A stretch of DNA of 61,831 nucleotides from Aestuariivirgaceae bacterium (GTDB lineage Bacteria > Pseudomonadota > Alphaproteobacteria > Rhizobiales > Aestuariivirgaceae). Where the stretch lies: assembly GCA_040510355.1 (NCBI GenBank), contig JBEVJH010000061.1:1-61831 (forward strand), in the 5' to 3' direction. Under the pieces are notes generated by a model. It was not told the origin of the DNA, searched no databases, and saw only the letters and a program-made list of their open reading frames with translations. Position 1 is the first letter of the stretch. Each line of letters opens with the position of its first letter. The position numbers were made by a program, and so were the translations under genes. Below, piece by piece: positions 19,372-29,827 of the stretch.

Positions 19372-20456
19372 GCTTCCTGCAAGTGACCGGCCTGTCCAAG
19401 AGCTACGGCGCCGTGGCGGCGCTCGATGGCATCGATCTGAGCGTTCCCCCGGTGAGCCGCACCGCCATCGTCGGCCCGTCGGGTTGCGGCAAGACGACAT
19501 TGCTGCGCCTCATCGCCGGCTTCGAGGTCCCCGATGCCGGCCGCATCACCCTCAATGGCGAGCGCCTGGTCGATGAGGCGCTGGCGATGCCCGCCCACCA
19601 GCGCGGCATCGGCGTGGTGATGCAGGACGGCGCCCTGTTTCCCCATCTCAGCGTCGCCGACAACATCGGCTTCGGCCTGCCCCGCAACGAGCCCGACCGC
19701 GCCCGCCACATCGCCGATCTCGCCTATACGGTCGGCCTCGACGCCGCGATCCTCCGCCGCCGGCCGCATCAGCTGTCCGGTGGCCAGCAGCAGCGCGTCG
19801 CCTTGGCGCGGGCGATGGCCAGAAGGCCCAGCCTCATGCTGCTCGACGAGCCGTTTTCCGCCCTCGACATGGGCTTGCGCGCCAGCATGCGCGAGGCGGT
19901 GGCCGAGCTGCTCGAATCGGCGGGGATCACCACCATCCTGGTGACGCATGACCAGGCGGAGGCGTTGTCCTTCGCCGACCAGGTCGCCGTCATGCGCGAT
20001 GGCCGGTTTTCACAAGTCGGAACGCCGCGGGATCTCTATTTTCACCCGAGCGACACCATGGTGGCGCAGTTCCTCGGCGATGCCATCCTGCTGCCTGCCC
20101 GGTTGTCCCGCGGGATGGCGGACAGCCCGATCGGCCAGGTCACCGTCGAGAGCGCCGAGCGTCGCGATTCCGCCCGCATCATGCTGCGTCCGGAGCAGAT
20201 CGTGCTTGAGCCGGTCTCGGCCGCCGAGGCTACCGCCAGTGCCGCCATGCCGGCCTTTGCCTATGGCGAGGTCAAGAAGTCGGAGTTCGCCGGCTCGTAT
20301 TGCACCGTGTCGCTGCGGCTGCTGAACACGCCGGACGCGCCGGCAGCCGCCATCGGCGCCACCCCGCTGGTGCTGCGCCGCCCCTCCGTGGAGGAGCTTG
20401 CGCTCGGATCTTTCGTCAGGATCAGGATCGTCGGCAAAGCCCATGTGATCGCCTGA
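19368..20456 (+). CDS. fbpC: Fe(3+) ABC transporter ATP-binding protein (FbpC-like)
   Basis: [34 protein letters not shown] overlap with the fbpB stop. Confidence 0.88.
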   Translation: MSFLQVTGLSKSYGAVAALDGIDLSVPPVSRTAIVGPSGCGKTTLLRLIAGFEVPDAGRITLNGERLVDEALAMPAHQRGIGVVMQDGALFPHLSVADNIGFGLPRNEPDRARHIADLAYTVGLDAAILRRRPHQLSGGQQQRVALARAMARRPSLMLLDEPFSALDMGLRASMREAVAELLESAGITTILVTHDQAEALSFADQVAVMRDGRFSQVGTPRDLYFHPSDTMVAQFLGDAILLPARLSRGMADSPIGQVTVESAERRDSARIMLRPEQIVLEPVSAAEATASAAMPAFAYGEVKKSEFAGSYCTVSLRLLNTPDAPAAAIGATPLVLRRPSVEELALGSFVRIRIVGKAHVIA

Positions 20457-20615
20457 CTTCGGAACCTTCGCCGGCCAGGACGCTTTCCGGGCCTGGAGAC
20501 CGCCCCGATCATTACAAGCTGGTAACAATCCGGACATCATCCAGAAAGACCTGTCACGCAAGGATTTCGGCACCGCGCGGGGCGGTGTAATTTTACGAGG
20601 GTCGAAATCATATTG

Positions 20616-21779
20616 ATGGGCATGCGGAGAACCACAAAGGCCGTGTTGCTCGCCGTCATCCTCTTGGCTGGGGGTGGCGGATATTATGGGTGGCAACACT
20701 GGCAGGAGGCCAGCTCGACGGCGAGCGCCACCCGGCGCGCAGCTCAGCCGGCGCCGGTTCCCGTCACCCTGGCGACTGCCGAGAAGGCGCCCTTTCCGGT
20801 CTACCAGAACGGTCTCGGCACCGTGCAGGCCTTCAACACCGTCCTCGTCCGCACCCGCGTCGACGGGCAGATTGAGAAGGTCGCATTTCAGGAGGGCCAG
20901 ATGGTCAAGGCCGGCGACCTTCTCGTGCAGATCGATGCCCGCCCCTTCCAGGCGACTCTCGACCAGGCAAATGCCAAGAAGGCGCAGGACGAGGCCACTC
21001 TCGCCAACAACAAGGCCGACCTGCAGCGCTTCGTCTCGCTCGGCAAATTCGCCACCCGGCAGCAGGTCGACACCCAGCAGACCACCGTCAACCAGACCAC
21101 GGCCCAGCTCGCCCTGGACCAGGCGGCGATCGACAATGCCGCGACCCAGCTGAGCTACACCACCATCCGCGCTCCCATCACCGGCCTGACCGGGTTCCGC
21201 CAGGTCGATATCGGCAACATCGTCAATGCCACCACCCAGACCGGCATCGTGACGATCACCCAGATCGAGCCGATCTCCGTCATCTTCACCGCGCCCGAGG
21301 AGCAGCTCCAGGATATCAACCGGGCGCTCGCGGCCGGTCCGGTGCCGGTCGTCGCCCTGAGCACCGACGGCCAACGGAAGCTGTCGGACGGCACGCTGAC
21401 GGTGGTGAACAACCAGGTCGACGCGGCGAGCGGCACGGTGCGTCTCAAGGCCACCTTCGCCAACCAGGATCATGCCCTGTGGCCCGGCCTCTCGGTCGCG
21501 ACGCGGATGCTGGTGCGCACCCTTCCCGATGCCGTCGTCATTCCCGACGACGCCGTCCAGCACGGGCCCGATGGGCTCTTCGTCTATATCGTCGAATCGG
21601 GCAAGGCGCTTCGCCAGGACATCGTCGTCAGCGGGTCGGCCGATGGCCGCTCGGTCGTCTCCAAGGGCTTGTCAGCCGGCCAGCAGATCATCAAGGAAGG
21701 GCAGTACCGGGTGCAGCCCGGCACCATGGTGACGGCCGAGGCGCAGGCAGCAAAACCGCAACCCGAGAAGGTCGACTGA
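20616..21779 (+). CDS. RND efflux membrane fusion protein (MdtA/AcrA family)
   Basis: N-terminal anchor, then a lipoyl/hairpin region: VRTRVDGQIEKVAFQEGQMVKAGDLLVQID...YTTIRAPITG. The start is ATG 20616 or 20622. Confidence 0.85.
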   Translation: MGMRRTTKAVLLAVILLAGGGGYYGWQHWQEASSTASATRRAAQPAPVPVTLATAEKAPFPVYQNGLGTVQAFNTVLVRTRVDGQIEKVAFQEGQMVKAGDLLVQIDARPFQATLDQANAKKAQDEATLANNKADLQRFVSLGKFATRQQVDTQQTTVNQTTAQLALDQAAIDNAATQLSYTTIRAPITGLTGFRQVDIGNIVNATTQTGIVTITQIEPISVIFTAPEEQLQDINRALAAGPVPVVALSTDGQRKLSDGTLTVVNNQVDAASGTVRLKATFANQDHALWPGLSVATRMLVRTLPDAVVIPDDAVQHGPDGLFVYIVESGKALRQDIVVSGSADGRSVVSKGLSAGQQIIKEGQYRVQPGTMVTAEAQAAKPQPEKVD

Positions 21780-21780
21780 C

Positions 21781-24700
21781 GTGACCGGCGGCATCTCGGG
21801 ATATTTCATCCGTCATCCGATTGCGACCTCGCTGATCATGGTCGGCATCCTGTTTGTCGGCCTCGTCGCCTATCCGCTGCTCGGCGTGGCGCCGCTTCCC
21901 CAGGTCGACTTTCCGACCATTCAGGTGTCGGCGCAATTGCCCGGCGCCAGCCCCGAGACCATGGCCTCCTCCGTCGCCCAGCCGCTGGAGCGCCAATTCG
22001 CCCAGATCCCCGGCGTCACCCAGATCACCTCGACGAGCTCTCTCGGCTCGACATCGATCACCGTCCAGTTCGACCTCGCACGCAACATCGATGCGGCCGC
22101 CAACGACATCCAGGCCGGCATCAACGCCGCCGGCGGCCAGCTGCCGACCGACTTGCCGAGCCCTCCGACATACCGGAAGGTCAATCCCGCCGACTCGCCG
22201 ATTCTCCTGCTCTCCGCCGTGTCGGACAGCATGCCGCTGATCCAGGTCGACGACATGGTCGATATCCAGCTCGCCCAGCAGATCAGCCAGGTCTCGGGCG
22301 TCGCCCAAGTCTCCATCGGCGGCCAGCAGAAGCCCGCGATCCGCATCCAGATCGATCCTCAGAAGCTGGTGGCGAAGGACATGTCGCTCGAGGATGTCCG
22401 CAACCAGCTGGCGCTGACCACCGTCAACAATCCCAAGGGCAATTTCGACGGCCTGACCCGCAGCTACACCGTCTATGCCAACGACCAGCTGACCAGGGCG
22501 GAGGATTGGAACAATGTCATCCTGGCCTACAAGGACGGTGCGCCGCTCCGCGTCCGCGACATCGGCGTCGCCGTTGCCGGGCCCGAGGACACCAAGCAGG
22601 CGGCCTGGGCCAACGGCCAGCGCGGCATCTTCCTGGTCGTCTTCAAGCAGCCGGGGGCGAATGTCATCGACACCGTCGACAACATCATGGCGGAGCTGCC
22701 CCGGCTCACCGCGTCGCTGCCCAAGGGCATCCACATCTCGGTCCTGAGCGATCGCACCCAGACCATCCGCGCTTCCGTCCGCGACGTTCAGTTCACGCTG
22801 CTCATCACCATCGCGCTGGTCGTCGGCGTGATCTTCGTATTCCTCCGCAGCGTATCGGCGACCGTCATACCAAGCATCGCCGTGCCGCTGGCGCTGCTCG
22901 GCGCCGTCGCCCTCATGTGGCTCGCCGGCTATACGCTCGACAATCTGTCGCTCATGGCGATGACAATATCGGTCGGCTTCGTCGTCGACGATGCGATCGT
23001 CATGCTCGAGAACATCACCCGCTATGTCGAGAAGGGAATGAAGCCGGTGCAGGCCGCCCTCAAGGGCGCCAGCGAGATCGGCTTCACCATCATCTCGATC
23101 AGCATCTCGCTCATCGCGGTGCTGATCCCGCTGCTCTTGATGGGCGGCATCATCGGCCGGCTCTTCCGCGAGTTCGCCGTCGTGCTGTCGATGACCATCG
23201 CGGTCTCCGCCTTCGTGTCGCTCACCCTGACGCCGGTGATGGCCGCGCGCTTCCTCAGGCAGGCCGGCGAGACGCGCCACGGCCGCCTCTATATGCTGAG
23301 CGAGCGCGGCTTCGACGCCATGCTGCACGCCTATGAGCGCGGCCTCGATCTCGTTCTGCGTCACCGCTTCGTCACGCTCATGATCTTCTTCGCCACCGCA
23401 GCGCTGTCGGTGTGGCTGTTCATCGTCATCCCCAAGGGCTTCTTCCCGCAGCAGGACACCGGTCTCATCACCGGCATCTCCGAGGCGGGCCAGGATGTGT
23501 CCTTCGCCAAGATGCAGGAGCTCCAGGAGAAGCTCGGCGCCGTCGTCCAGCGCGATCCCGATGTCGCGAGCGTCGCCATGTCGATCGGCGGCACGGGAAA
23601 TGCCCTCAACACCGGGCGCATGTACATAACCCTGAAGCCTCGCGACGAGCGCCGGAGCAACGCCTTCCAGGTCATCGATCGCCTGCGCCCCGAGCTCGAC
23701 AAGGTCGAGGGCGCGCGATTGTTTCTCCAGGCCGCCCAGGATGTCCGTCTCGGCGGGCGCGCCTCGCGGACCCAGTTCCAATATACGCTCCAGGACTCCA
23801 ATCTGAAGGAGCTGAATGCCTGGGCGCCGAAGATCCTCGACAAGCTGAAGACCCTGCCGGAGCTGCGCGACGTCGCCACCGACCAGCAGTCGCTCGGCAC
23901 GACGCTCACCCTCGACATCGATCGCGACACCGCCTCGCGCTATGGCATCACCCCGCAGCTGATCGACGACACCCTCAACGACTCGATCGGCCAGCGCCAG
24001 GTCGCGCAATACTTCACCCAGCTCAACAGCTATCACGTCATATTGGAGATCACGCCCGAGCTTCAGCAGACGCCGGAGAGCCTCGAGCGCACCTACATCA
24101 AGTCGCCCCTCACCGGCGAGCAGGTCCCGATGGCGACCTTCTCGCGCTGGTCGACCGTGCCGGTCGCGCCCCTGTCGATCAGCCACCAGGGTCAGTTCCC
24201 GGCCATCACCATCAGCTTCAACCTCGCGCCGAAGGTGGCGCTCGGCCAGGCCGTCGACGCCATCAACCGCGCCCGGGCCGAGCTCGGCGCGCCGGCGACG
24301 CTCAACGGCACCTTCCAGGGCACCGCCCAGGCCTTTCAGGACTCGCTGAGCTCCGTCCCGCTGCTCATCGCCGCCGCCCTGGTGGTCGTCTATCTCATCC
24401 TCGGCGTTCTCTATGAGAGCTACATTCACCCCCTCACCATCCTGTCGACCCTGCCGTCGGCCGGGGTCGGCGCGCTGGCGCTGCTGCTTCTTGCCGGATA
24501 CGAGTTCAACCTCATCGGCCTGATCGGCATCATCCTGCTCATCGGCATCGTCAAGAAGAACGGCATCATGCTCGTCGACTTCGCCATCGTTGCCGAGCGC
24601 GAGGAGAACCTCACGAGCGAGGAGGCGATCCGCCGCGCCGCGCTCCTGCGCTTCCGGCCGATCATGATGACCACCATGGCGGCTCTGCTGGCCGGCGTCC

Positions 24701-24924
24701 CGCTGATGCTCGGCACCGGCACCGGCTCCGAGCTCCGCCAGCCGCTCGGCGTTGCGATGATCGGCGGACTGATCCTGAGCCAGGCGCTGACCCTGTTCAC
24801 CACGCCGGTGGTTTACATCTATCTCGACAAGCTTTCCAACTGGCTGTCCGGCGGCCCGCGGCACGAAGCAGCCGTCACCGAAGACGACGAAGAAATCGTC
24901 TCGCTTCCCAAGGCCGCCGAGTAG
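21781..24924 (+). CDS. RND efflux transporter, inner-membrane permease (AcrB/MdtB/MdtC family)
   Basis: 1047 aa. FIRHPIATSLIMVGILFVG..., 12-TM architecture. GTG start 1 nt after the MFP stop. Confidence 0.92.
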   Translation: MTGGISGYFIRHPIATSLIMVGILFVGLVAYPLLGVAPLPQVDFPTIQVSAQLPGASPETMASSVAQPLERQFAQIPGVTQITSTSSLGSTSITVQFDLARNIDAAANDIQAGINAAGGQLPTDLPSPPTYRKVNPADSPILLLSAVSDSMPLIQVDDMVDIQLAQQISQVSGVAQVSIGGQQKPAIRIQIDPQKLVAKDMSLEDVRNQLALTTVNNPKGNFDGLTRSYTVYANDQLTRAEDWNNVILAYKDGAPLRVRDIGVAVAGPEDTKQAAWANGQRGIFLVVFKQPGANVIDTVDNIMAELPRLTASLPKGIHISVLSDRTQTIRASVRDVQFTLLITIALVVGVIFVFLRSVSATVIPSIAVPLALLGAVALMWLAGYTLDNLSLMAMTISVGFVVDDAIVMLENITRYVEKGMKPVQAALKGASEIGFTIISISISLIAVLIPLLLMGGIIGRLFREFAVVLSMTIAVSAFVSLTLTPVMAARFLRQAGETRHGRLYMLSERGFDAMLHAYERGLDLVLRHRFVTLMIFFATAALSVWLFIVIPKGFFPQQDTGLITGISEAGQDVSFAKMQELQEKLGAVVQRDPDVASVAMSIGGTGNALNTGRMYITLKPRDERRSNAFQVIDRLRPELDKVEGARLFLQAAQDVRLGGRASRTQFQYTLQDSNLKELNAWAPKILDKLKTLPELRDVATDQQSLGTTLTLDIDRDTASRYGITPQLIDDTLNDSIGQRQVAQYFTQLNSYHVILEITPELQQTPESLERTYIKSPLTGEQVPMATFSRWSTVPVAPLSISHQGQFPAITISFNLAPKVALGQAVDAINRARAELGAPATLNGTFQGTAQAFQDSLSSVPLLIAAALVVVYLILGVLYESYIHPLTILSTLPSAGVGALALLLLAGYEFNLIGLIGIILLIGIVKKNGIMLVDFAIVAEREENLTSEEAIRRAALLRFRPIMMTTMAALLAGVPLMLGTGTGSELRQPLGVAMIGGLILSQALTLFTTPVVYIYLDKLSNWLSGGPRHEAAVTEDDEEIVSLPKAAE

Positions 24925-24929
24925 CGCCG

Positions 24930-25436
24930 CTATCTGAGACGCTGGACCTTGGTGAGCTCGCCGCTCGCCGGCTGGACCTGAATATCGAAGCTCTTGCCGT
25001 CACGCATCGCCCGGAAAAGCGCGGTCTTGCCGGTGCAGCCTTGCGGCTTGATCTCGGTGAAGCCGAACTCGGCAACGCTCGCCTGCGCCTTCTCGCAACC
25101 GGACGAGCTTGCCGTTGCCTTGGCCGGCGCCTTGCTTGGAACCGTCAATGCCGCTTGACGATCCTTACGCGACGGAGCCTTGCGTTCCGGCGCCCGCGCC
25201 GATTTTTTCCTGCGGAGCGCCGGAGCTTGATGCTGGCGCTGCGACCGGTACCGCCGCGGGGCGCGCTGGTAGTAAGGCTCGTAAAAATCCGGGCCATAAT
25301 AGGGCGGGGGTGGCGGGGCATACATGGGCGGCGGCAGAAAGAAGCCGAAACCTTGGGCGCGAGCCGTCGAGAATGCCGAGGAGCCCGCCAGCATGGCGCA
25401 GGCGAGCAGCAGAATGCTTCGGTGATTGATGCTCAT
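24930..25436 (-). CDS. Secreted Pro/Tyr-rich, basic protein with a small Cys-containing C-terminal domain (hypothetical)
   Basis: About 168 aa from ATG 25436. Signal peptide MSINHRSILLLACAMLAGSSAFSTARA, PPPMYAPPPPPYYGPDFYEPYY, a Lys/Arg/Ala-rich linker, and a compact C-terminal module with 2 Cys. Confidence 0.55.
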   Translation of the reverse strand: MSINHRSILLLACAMLAGSSAFSTARAQGFGFFLPPPMYAPPPPPYYGPDFYEPYYQRAPRRYRSQRQHQAPALRRKKSARAPERKAPSRKDRQAALTVPSKAPAKATASSSGCEKAQASVAEFGFTEIKPQGCTGKTALFRAMRDGKSFDIQVQPASGELTKVQRLR

Positions 25437-25607
25437 GGCGTCACCCTGACGTTCCCTGAACGGGGATAAGATCAGGCCGGGAGCCGGGTTCCGCCACACC
25501 GGAGCGGCGGCATCCGGTTCAATTAACCGTGAGACCCGGGCGAGGGGGTAACGAAGCAACCACAAGGCTCGTATTGCCGGCAGGACATGATCAGCGGAGT
25601 TCCTCGG

Positions 25608-26294
25608 ATGACAAGCGCGCTTCGATACGCTTCTCGACTGCTGGCGGCGGTTACGGTCGCACTCGCGGCGCCGGTGGTGGCAAGGGCAGCCCCGGTCCCG
25701 CCGCCGCCGATCGATGAGCAAGCCGCGGCCGCCGAGCAGGTGGCGGTGCTGGCCGGCGGATGCTTTTGGGGCGTTCAAGCCGTCTTCCAGCATGTGAAGG
25801 GCGTGACGAGCGCCGTTTCAGGCTATGCCGGCGGCGATCGGCAGAGCGCCCAATATGAGACCGTCAGCAGCGGCAGCACGGGCCATGCCGAGTCGGTCCG
25901 CATTACCTTCGATCCGAAGATCGTCAGCTATGGCCGGCTGCTCCAGATCTATTTTTCGGTGGCCCATGACCCGACCGAGCGCGACCGGCAGGGTCCGGAC
26001 GTCGGCACGCAGTACCGCTCGGCGATCTTTCCGACCACTTCCGAGCAGGAGCGGATTGCCAAGGCCTACATTGCCGATCTCGATCGGGCGCATGTCTTCC
26101 GCTCTGCCGTCGCCACCCGAATAGAGCCGGATCGGCAATTCTACCCGGCGGAAGACTATCATCAGGATTTCCTGGCGCGGAATCCGACCTACCCCTACAT
26201 TGTCATCAACGATCTGCCCAAGATCGAGGATCTGAAGCGCAACTTCCCTGAGCTCTATCGGCCCAAGCCGGTGCTGGTGGCCGAGACGCGATAA
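25608..26294 (+). CDS. msrA: Peptide-methionine (S)-S-oxide reductase, exported form
   Basis: Signal peptide, then VAVLAGGCFWGVQAVFQHVKGV...GYAGG...GHAE. The start is ATG 25608 (GGAG 8 nt upstream) or 25587. Confidence 0.9.
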   Translation: MTSALRYASRLLAAVTVALAAPVVARAAPVPPPPIDEQAAAAEQVAVLAGGCFWGVQAVFQHVKGVTSAVSGYAGGDRQSAQYETVSSGSTGHAESVRITFDPKIVSYGRLLQIYFSVAHDPTERDRQGPDVGTQYRSAIFPTTSEQERIAKAYIADLDRAHVFRSAVATRIEPDRQFYPAEDYHQDFLARNPTYPYIVINDLPKIEDLKRNFPELYRPKPVLVAETR

Positions 26295-26319
26295 TAATTC
26301 CGGCGAACGACGAGGACGC

Positions 26320-27756
26320 ATGGACCAAGGTTCCTATCCGGATCTCTATCTCTTCATTGGCGGCGAGCGCCGCTCCGGCGGCGAGCGCCGGTCGGGCACG
26401 GTCTACAACCCGGCGACCGGTGGCGAGCTCGCAAAGCTGCCGCACGCCACGCGCCGCGATCTCGACGACGCCCTCGCGGCTGCTGCCGCATCCTTCGAGA
26501 CCTGGAAGCGCGTGCCGCCCGTCGAGCGTGCGCGAATTCTCGAGCGTGCCGGCGACCTGATCCGCGAGCGCGCTGAGGCGATCGCCACCATCCTGACCCT
26601 CGAGGAGGGAAAGGTTCTCGCCGAGGCGACGATCGAGGTGAATTTCGCGGCGGACACCTTCCAGTGGTACGCCGAAGAAGGCAAGCGCGCCTATGGCCGG
26701 ATCATTCCGGCGCGCGCCGGCCAGCGCCAGCTCGTGCTCAAGGAGCCGGTCGGGCCGGTGGCGGCATTCTCGCCCTGGAACTTTCCGGCGCTCACCCCGG
26801 CGCGCAAGATTGCCGCGGCGCTGGCCGCCGGCTGCAGCTGCATCGCCAAGCCCGCCGAGGAAACGCCCGGCACCGCCCTTGCCATCGCCCGCGCCCTCGA
26901 GGAGGCCGGGTTGCCCAAGGGCGTGCTGAGCGTGGTGTTCGGCGTGCCGAGCGAGATCTCGACCTACCTGATCGCCTCGCCGGTGATCCGCAAGATTTCC
27001 TTCACCGGCTCGACCGTGGTCGGCAAGGAGCTTGCCCGCCTCGCCGCCGCCGGCGTCAAGCGCGCCACCATGGAGCTCGGCGGTCACGCTCCCGTGGTGA
27101 TCTTCGAGGACGCCGACATCGCCCGCACCGCCGCGCTCACCGCCGCGGCCAAGCTTCGCAATGCCGGTCAGGTCTGCGTGTCGCCGACCCGCTTCTATGT
27201 CCAGGACAAGGTCCACGACGACTTCGTCGATGCCTTCACCGCCGAGTTGCAGAAGCTTCCGCAAGGCCCCGGCCTCGAGCCGGGCAACCGCGTCGGGCCG
27301 ATGGCCAACCCGCGGCGGATCGAGGCGATGGAGCGTTTCGTGTCGGATGCGCGTGACAAGGGTGCGAAGATCGCGATGGGCGGCAAGCGCCCGCGCAATG
27401 ACGGCTGGTTCTACGCGCCGACTGTTTTGACCGATGTGCCCGAGGACGCGCTGGTGATGAATGACGAGCCCTTCGGGCCGCTCGCGCCGATCGCCCGCTT
27501 CGACAGTTTCGAGGACGCCATGGCCAAGGCCAACCGGCTGAACTATGGCCTCGCCGCCTATGCCTTCACGGCCTCGCTGTCGCGCGCCTCGCAGCTGATG
27601 GACGCGGTGGAGACCGGCATGCTGGCGCTCAACCATTGCGTCATATCGAGCCCCGAGACGCCGTTCGGCGGCGTCAAGGAGAGCGGCTATGGCTATGAGA
27701 GCGGCGCCGAGGGCCTCGAGGCCTATCTGCAATCCAAATTCATCACTGCCGTGTGA
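26320..27756 (+). CDS. NAD(P)+-dependent aldehyde dehydrogenase (succinate-semialdehyde / 2,5-dioxovalerate dehydrogenase-like)
   Basis: 478 aa. FSPWNFP, ELGGHAP, and catalytic Cys in NAGQVCVSPTRFYV. Substrate cannot be read from the sequence. Confidence 0.85.
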   Translation: MDQGSYPDLYLFIGGERRSGGERRSGTVYNPATGGELAKLPHATRRDLDDALAAAAASFETWKRVPPVERARILERAGDLIRERAEAIATILTLEEGKVLAEATIEVNFAADTFQWYAEEGKRAYGRIIPARAGQRQLVLKEPVGPVAAFSPWNFPALTPARKIAAALAAGCSCIAKPAEETPGTALAIARALEEAGLPKGVLSVVFGVPSEISTYLIASPVIRKISFTGSTVVGKELARLAAAGVKRATMELGGHAPVVIFEDADIARTAALTAAAKLRNAGQVCVSPTRFYVQDKVHDDFVDAFTAELQKLPQGPGLEPGNRVGPMANPRRIEAMERFVSDARDKGAKIAMGGKRPRNDGWFYAPTVLTDVPEDALVMNDEPFGPLAPIARFDSFEDAMAKANRLNYGLAAYAFTASLSRASQLMDAVETGMLALNHCVISSPETPFGGVKESGYGYESGAEGLEAYLQSKFITAV

Positions 27757-27794
27757 GGGGCGCCTTCAGGCGGTCGTCAGGCAAGCCTGTCAGG

Positions 27795-28634
27795 CTATCG
27801 TCCTGGCGAACGCTGATCCTTGCGACGAAGCCTGGTGATCTCGGCAATGATCGAGAGGGCGATCTCCTCCGGCGTGATGGCTCCCAGATCGAGGCCCGCC
27901 GGTGCACGGATCGTTTCGAGGCGCGCCGCCGGGATGCCGTCGGCGGTCAGCTTGCGGCGCAGCGCCGTCATCTTGCGACGGCTGCCGACAAAGCCGAGAT
28001 AGGAGGCCTCGATGGCGAGAGCGGCCTTCAGGGCCGCCTCGTCGCCCCTGCCCTGGGTCGAAACGACGATGAAGAGCTGTCCCTTGTGCGCCGTGTCGAT
28101 GCCGAATCCGTTGAAGTAGAGATCGACCTCGGGAACGTTCGACAGATGATCCAGCGGCGCGGCGAGCCCGACCTGAAATCCGAGCGGCTTCGCCTGCTCG
28201 ACAAGGGCCAGGGCGACCGGGCTCGCGCCTAGAACGACGAACAGCGGCCGCGGCAGGATCGGCTCGATGAAGATGTCCATCGTCCCCTGGCTCGGACACA
28301 TGTTGGTCTCGAACTTCACGCCCTCGCGGTCCTCGCCCGGCTCGATGCCGAGCTCATGCAGCAGGCTTTCCGGCCGGATCGACACCAGGCGCGATCTGCC
28401 GTCGCTCAGCGCCTCGCGCGCCGCCTTCAGCGTTGCGCCGCGGGCGCAGCCACCGCCGATCCAGCCGGCCTCGATACGACCGTCGGCACGGATGACCGCC
28501 TTGGCTCCGGCCTTGGCGGCGGTCACCGAGACGGTTCGCACAACGGTTGCCAGCGCGAACGGCTCCTCGGCGGCCCGCAGGCGCGAAACGAGATCGATCA
28601 CATCGACATGGGCGGTCATCTTCGGACCCTTCAT
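27795..28634 (-). CDS. coxF: XdhC/CoxF-family molybdoenzyme maturation factor
   Basis: About 279 aa. FALATVVRTVSVTAAKAGAKAVI...GWIGGGC...VVLGASPVALAL.... ATGA overlap with the coxE stop; last gene of the cox operon. Confidence 0.75.
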   Translation of the reverse strand: MKGPKMTAHVDVIDLVSRLRAAEEPFALATVVRTVSVTAAKAGAKAVIRADGRIEAGWIGGGCARGATLKAAREALSDGRSRLVSIRPESLLHELGIEPGEDREGVKFETNMCPSQGTMDIFIEPILPRPLFVVLGASPVALALVEQAKPLGFQVGLAAPLDHLSNVPEVDLYFNGFGIDTAHKGQLFIVVSTQGRGDEAALKAALAIEASYLGFVGSRRKMTALRRKLTADGIPAARLETIRAPAGLDLGAITPEEIALSIIAEITRLRRKDQRSPGR

Positions 28635-29827
28635 AGCCGAGCCAGATAGGGCTCGAGCGCGGCAAGGCTGGCGAGCGAATGGGCCGGCGCAAAGAGATCG
28701 ACATGCGGCAAGGCGGCCCTGATGCCGGCGGCTTCCGGCGCATAACCATCCCAGCCGAGCATGGGGTTGAGCCAGACGATGCGGCGGCAACGCCGGGCGA
28801 GCGCCGCCATCTCGCGCCCGAGCAGCGCCGCATCGCCCGTCTCATAGCCGTCGGACACGATCATCACGCAGGTTAGCGAATGGATGAGGCGGGCGGCATG
28901 CCAGCGGTTGAAGGTCTGAAGGCTCTCGCCGATCCGGGTGCCTCCGCCGGCGCCCTGCGCCATGACCGAGAGCCGGTCGAGCGCGCGGGCCGCATCCTTC
29001 TCCTTCATGGCATCGGAGACGTGAGCCAGCCGCGTATGAAACAGGAAGGCCTCGGCCTCGCGAAACTCGTCCAGCACGCCATGGATGAACCGCAGGAACA
29101 CGCCGGTATACATGCTCATCGAGCCTGACGCATCGAGCAGGATCACGAGCCGCAGCGGCTTCGCCTTTCGGGCTCTCCTGACCAGGCGGATCGGGACGCC
29201 GCCATGGCTGATATTGCGGTGAATGGTCCGCCTCAGATCGAGCCGGCGGCCGCGCCGGCGGGCAATGTCGCGGCGGGTGAGGCGGGTGCGCATGACACGG
29301 GCAAGCCGCGCGGCGAGCGCATGCGCCTCGACGATATCCTCCGGATTGTCGAGCCTGCGAAAGTCGACGTCATCCAGGCTCTCGGCCCGCGATGCGCCCT
29401 CGGCACGCCCCTCGCCGCTGCGGCCGTCGTCGTCGGCGCTGCCCTCGGCGGCGATCTGGTCGATCGATCCGTGCGGCGCGGCGCCCGGTTCGCCCTGCAA
29501 GGATTTGACGGAAGGGTTGTTCGGGCTCGGACCGACGGCCGAGCCCGCGACCCGCGAGCGAACGCGCTTGCCCTGCCAGAACGCGTCGAAGAGACCGTCG
29601 AAGCGATCCCAATCGCTCTTGCGGGCCGAGAACAAATGCTTGAGCGCCGAGCGCAGCATATCGGGCCGCTCGCCATAGCCCGCCGCCAGGATCGCCGCGG
29701 CATCCTGGCCTTCCCGCAGGCCGACGGTGAAATCGCTGTCCCGCAACGTCCTGATGAAAGCCGCCAGCCGTTCGGCCATCAGCCGGGGGACGAGATCAGA
29801 TTCGGCGCCGACAGCGAGGGGGCTCAT
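28631..29827 (-). CDS. coxE: VWA-domain CO dehydrogenase maturation protein
   Basis: About 398 aa. C-terminal VWA with MIDAS-like VILLDASGSM. ATGA overlap with the coxD stop. Confidence 0.8.
   Translation of the reverse strand: MSPLAVGAESDLVPRLMAERLAAFIRTLRDSDFTVGLREGQDAAAILAAGYGERPDMLRSALKHLFSARKSDWDRFDGLFDAFWQGKRVRSRVAGSAVGPSPNNPSVKSLQGEPGAAPHGSIDQIAAEGSADDDGRSGEGRAEGASRAESLDDVDFRRLDNPEDIVEAHALAARLARVMRTRLTRRDIARRRGRRLDLRRTIHRNISHGGVPIRLVRRARKAKPLRLVILLDASGSMSMYTGVFLRFIHGVLDEFREAEAFLFHTRLAHVSDAMKEKDAARALDRLSVMAQGAGGGTRIGESLQTFNRWHAARLIHSLTCVMIVSDGYETGDAALLGREMAALARRCRRIVWLNPMLGWDGYAPEAAGIRAALPHVDLFAPAHSLASLAALEPYLARL

Noticed and set aside
21691-24864. 1057-aa ORF on the minus strand covering the whole RND permease gene
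   Set aside because: It is antisense to a gene with unmistakable AcrB-family sequence. The translation is Arg/Gly/Asp/Ala-rich low complexity, typical of stop-free antisense frames in high-GC DNA.
26359-26397. Apparent in-frame tandem duplication GGERRS-GGERRS at the N-terminus of the aldehyde dehydrogenase
   Set aside because: The spacing between the conserved IGG and NPATG elements is the normal 14 residues or so for this family. It is therefore not an insertion, just local sequence similarity.
27766-27795. Three direct copies of TCAGGC spaced 11-13 nt apart between the aldehyde dehydrogenase and coxF stops
   Set aside because: The units are short and irregularly spaced. CAGGC-AA-GCCTG cannot form a stable hairpin (2-nt loop). 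Probably chance.
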